From positions 18,016,072 through 18,080,071 of the forward strand of contig NC_092390.1 of the NCBI RefSeq assembly GCF_030028105.1: a stretch of DNA of 64,000 nucleotides, written 5' to 3'. The DNA comes from Mobula birostris (taxonomy: Eukaryota). The notes under the pieces are model-generated. The model saw nothing but the letters and a program-made list of their open reading frames with translations. It ran no database searches and was not told where the DNA came from. The position numbers and the translations under genes are program-made. Positions 60,001 through 64,000 of this stretch are shown here, piece after piece. Each line of letters opens with the position of its first letter. Within the stretch, counting starts at the first letter, position 1.

Positions 60001-62760
60001 AGGAAGAGATTAATAATGCCATTATGGCTATGCAGAGTGGCAAGTCCCCAGGTCCTGATGGTTATCCAATAGAATTTTATAAGAAATTTAAGGATAAGCT
60101 CATACCGGTCCTTCTAGAAGTGTTTCAGGAATCTTTGGAGAATGGCTCCTTACCCCCTTCTCTTTCACAGGCAGCTATTTCACTGCTTCTTAAAAAGGAC
60201 AAGGACTCGACTCAATGTGGATCATATTGCCCCATCTCACTTTTGAATGTAGATGTGAAAATTTTGGCTAAAGTGCTTGCATGTCGTTTAGAACGTCCCC
60301 TTTCCAAGATAATTTCAGATGATCAAACAGGTTTTATTAGAAATCTGTATTCTTTTTTTAATATCTGTCGACTGGCTGATGTGGTTTATTCACCCAGTGA
60401 TTCTCCAAGTCCGGAGGTTGTTATCTCCTTGGATGCGGAGAAGGCATTTGATAGAGTGGAATGAGTATACTTGTCTAGTGTTTTGGAGAAATTTGGATTT
60501 GGCAGAATATTTATAGCTTGGGTTAAGCTATTATACCACTCGCCTTTAGCGTGTATACAGACAAATTATTTTCGATCTGACTATTTCCCATTAACATGTG
60601 GCACTTGCCAAGGCTGCCCATTGTCCCCTCTCCTTCTTGCAATTGCAATTGAGCCTCTTTCCATTGCACTTAAGTCAACTGCATTATTTCAAGGTGTTAG
60701 AAAAGGGGACATAGAACACCGTGTTTCCCTATATGCTGATGATCTCTTTCTTTATGTTAGCGACCCTGTAGGTAGTAGTCCTGCTATTGTGTCATTATTA
60801 GGTCAATTTGGAGCCTTCTCCGGCTATAAACTGAACTTTCAAAAAAGCAAATGCTTTCCCATTAATAACTTGGCCCTACAGATCCGACAGGAATCCTTGC
60901 CCTTTCCTTTATCTCAAGATGGTTTTGTATACCTAGGAATACATATTACTCGCTCTTTTACATCTCTGTTTGAAGCTAACTACAGGCCTCAGGTTTGCCA
61001 AATGAAGGCTGATTTCGAGAGATGGCGCAGTTTACCCCTTACTATAGCTGGATAATTCAGTCAGTGAAAATGACTGTACTTCCTAGATTTCTTTATTTGT
61101 TTCAGTGTTTGCCAGTTTTCTCATCTAAGTTATTTTTTAAATCAGTCGATCAAGCTATGACCTCCTTTATTTGGGAAAATAAGGTCCCAAGGGTTAATAA
61201 GCGCATTCTTCAAAGGGGTCGTGACGTAGGTGGAATGGGTCTTCCCAGCTTTATTCATTATTACTGGGCATCGAACATTCAAAAAGTATTATTTTGGCTC
61301 CACCGGCCAGATATAATCTGGTGCCTGCTCGAGTCACGGTCTTATCACTCCTCGTCTCTCCCAGCTTTGGTGTATTCTTCCTTACCATTGAAATCCTCTC
61401 AATTCACATCTAACCCGGTCGTGCTCTCCACCCTCAAAATTTTTAATCAATTTCGCTGCCACTATTAGTTCATATCAGCTTCAGTTTTGGGCCCCGTTCA
61501 TAAAAACCATTTATTTCCTCCCTCCACATTCGATTCAGCTTTCAGACAATGGGGTTTGAACGGTCTTATGCGCATTAAGGATTTGTATACTGATAACATA
61601 TTTGATAGTTTTGATAACCTGCGCGGTAAGTATGGCCTTCCGCATAATCATTTTTTTTAAACACCTGCAGGTTCGCCACTTTGTCAAGGAAAAATTTCCC
61701 TCTTTTCCTGATCTACCACCTGCTATGTTATGGGAAAAATTCACCCTTAGCTTTAACAATAAAGGGCTGATCTCTGAACTATACTCTCAGCTGATGTCTT
61801 TGGGAGTTCAAGATCTAAACAAAACTACGAGTAGGTGGGAGGACGACCTCGGTATGGATCTGGCAGAGGAATATTGGGCAAAAGTATTGAATAGGGTTCA
61901 GTTCTCATCATCATGTGCTAGACTGGGGCTCATACAATTTAAAGTTTTACACAGGGTACATTTAAGTAAAGCCAGACTGGCAGACATATACCCTGGGACA
62001 GACGCTGGCTGTGACAGGTGTGCCTTCTCTCCGGCTGGTTTAGTACATGCATTTTGATCATGCCTTCGGCTTGATGACTATTGGGCACTGGTTTTTAAAA
62101 TTATCAGTGAGGTTTTGGGGGTGACACTGAGACCTTGCCCGCTTATAGCTGTATTTGGTGTGGCAGATGATGATTTAGGTTTAAATGCAAGCCAGTCGGA
62201 TATCATTGCATTTACATCGCTATTGGCCCGTAGGAGAATTTTGCCGGTTTGGAAATCTGCCACTCCCCCAACTGCTGCTGCTTGGTTAGAAGATGTAATG
62301 TTTTTTTCTGAAATTAGAAAAGATTAAATTCCCATTGAGGGGTCTGTGAAAAAGTTCTATTCGAAATGGGGACCTTTCTTATCATATTTTGGGAGTCTTA
62401 AGGAATTACCTACTAGTTGAGGGCATTTGATTGTACTTGGGAAGTTGCCTCCCATTTAACACGCTTATAATTTACCTCACGGTGGTTGATGAATTGTAAA
62501 TATGAGTGTAGTTTGGATCATCTGACATGTTGCAGATGTGTGTGAGCCGTCGTATTGAAGTAGTGTTGGGGTATGGTTGTGAACCTGTATTTGTGAATTG
62601 TTGTGTTGTAAATATATTAGGTGCCATGATATGTTCGGGGAGGGTGGGTGGGGGGGGAGCTTTGTTTTGGGGGTACGATGCTAAAGCAAAATGGAGGAAA
62701 ATGTAATTATATATTCTGTATTGTATCATTCCTTCAATAAAAATAAAAATTAAAAATAAA
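57005..62760 (+). mobile_element. Near full-length L1 LINE (ORF1 about 57236-58010; ORF2 58617 to about 62420; A-rich tail)
   Basis: ORF1 has ENRSRRSNLRVVGIPENLEG. ORF2 has the endonuclease (SWNVKGLN, LQETH, GDLN, SDH), RT (KSPGPDG, LDAEKAFDRVE, QGCPLSP, YADD) and a CxxC-H-C knuckle. Tail aataaaaataaaaattaaaaataaa. A few premature stops and frameshifts, the first at 60462. Confidence 0.96.
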
Positions 62761-62989
62761 ACCATATTCCAAGTACTAATAAAAGCTGCCACAGGAACCA
62801 CTACGGCCACATCGAGTTACCTCAGAAACGTTTCTGATCGCCTTGCACTCAATGGCCACTTTATGAGTTACATCTGTACACCTTCTTGTTAATGCAAATA
62901 TCTGATCAGCCAATCATGTAGCAGCAACTCAATGCATAAAAGTATGCAGACATGGCCAAGAGGTTTATTTGTTGTTCGGACTAAACATC

Positions 62990-64000
62990 AGCTCAGCAAA
63001 GCTAGTATAAACTGAGAGCTTCACGGGCATTCCCTAGGTCCAATCGGCCATCTTGAGCAGAGCACTTCAAAGAGCTTACTCACAGATCGGCGAAGCTAGG
63101 ATAAAAGGAGAGGTTAGCAGGTGATTGGGTACTCCAGAGGTCAATCAGCGGCAAGAGTAGAGCTCTGCGAAGTAAATAACAGTACAGAAGGGACAAGCGG
63201 GATGGCCAGCGGTGAGAGTCGGAGCGTCAGACTTTGACTCAAGAGGCCGAGGAAAAAGGAACAGGTTAGAAGGTTTGGTCGTGGTTGTCCATTGTACAGT
63301 GCAGGCAGGATGGCAGACATGGCAGTGGAATGCTCCTCCTGTAGGATGTGGGAATTCATGGAACCTGATGACTACACCTGCGGGAAGTGCGGCCAACTCC
63401 AGCCCATGAAAGACCGCATTAAGGAGTTGGCGCTGGAGCTGGATGAACAAAGGATCATCCGGGAGGCAAAGCAATTGATAGGTAAGACCTTTCAGCAGGT
63501 GGTTACACCCAGAGTGCAGAGTTCGGGGAGTAGGTGGGTGAACACTGGGATAAGTAAAGGGAGAAGGAAGTCAGTGCAAGGTCCCCCTGTGGCCATTCCC
63601 CTCAGCAACAGGTAAACCCCTTTGGATACTGCTGAGGGGGATGACCTGTCTGGCAAAGGCAGCAGCAGCCAGCACTGCGGCAGATGCTGAGCCTCAGAAG
63701 GGAAGGGTGAAGTCAGGTGCAGCCGTAGGGGCCTCGATAGGGGGACAGATAGGAGATTCTGTGGCAGCAAAAAGAGACGCCAGGATAGTGTGTTGCCTCC
63801 TGGGTGCTAGGGTCCAGGATGTCTCTGAGCGGGTGCAGAATATCCTTGGGGATGGGGTGGGGGTGAGCAGCTGGATGTCGTGGTACATGTTGGTACCAGT
63901 GACGCAGGCAGGAGAGGGGTAGAGGTCCTGGGCAGTAAATTTAGGGAGTTAGGAAGGAAGCTGAAGAGCAGGACCTCCGAGGTGGTAATCTCCGGATTAC
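62990..64000 (+). mobile_element. CR1 LINE 5' end and ORF1 (Cys-rich finger, coiled coil, esterase-like domain), running off the window
   Basis: AVECSSCRMWEF...DYTCGKC, VAIPLSNR and VCCLLGARVQDVSER. Confidence 0.8.

Overview
Vertebrate genomic DNA. The repeat families suggest a cartilaginous fish, probably a ray or skate; this is inference. Four spliced protein-coding genes can be reconstructed by hand with GT-AG, phase-consistent junctions. (1) PDCD11/RRP5, last three coding exons, + strand, 255-3141. (2) CALHM1, 2 exons, 336 aa, - strand, 10899-12952. (3) CALHM3, 2 exons, 328 aa, - strand, 26886-32199. (4) A gamma-glutamyl hydrolase-like gene (GGH, peptidase C26), 10-11 exons, about 295-302 aa, - strand, 37801-53664. 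CALHM2, which lies between PDCD11 and CALHM1 in human, is not detectable. The best lead is the GGH-like gene. It keeps the Cys-His-Glu catalytic residues, but the best model has no signal peptide, no N-glycosylation sequon and several changed pocket residues, so it is a candidate cytosolic, re-specialised paralogue co-oriented with the CALHM1/3 ATP-release channel genes. The rest of the window is repeats: many CR1 and Rex1 LINE fragments, a near full-length L1, Tx1-like fragments, a Penelope-like element and many hammerhead-like tail copies, a truncated Gypsy with Gmr1-like domain order, a decayed hAT, three large minisatellites and a perfect 41-bp hairpin. Most ORFs in the supplied track are repeat-derived or spurious. 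Comparisons to human proteins are from memory and need confirming by alignment.
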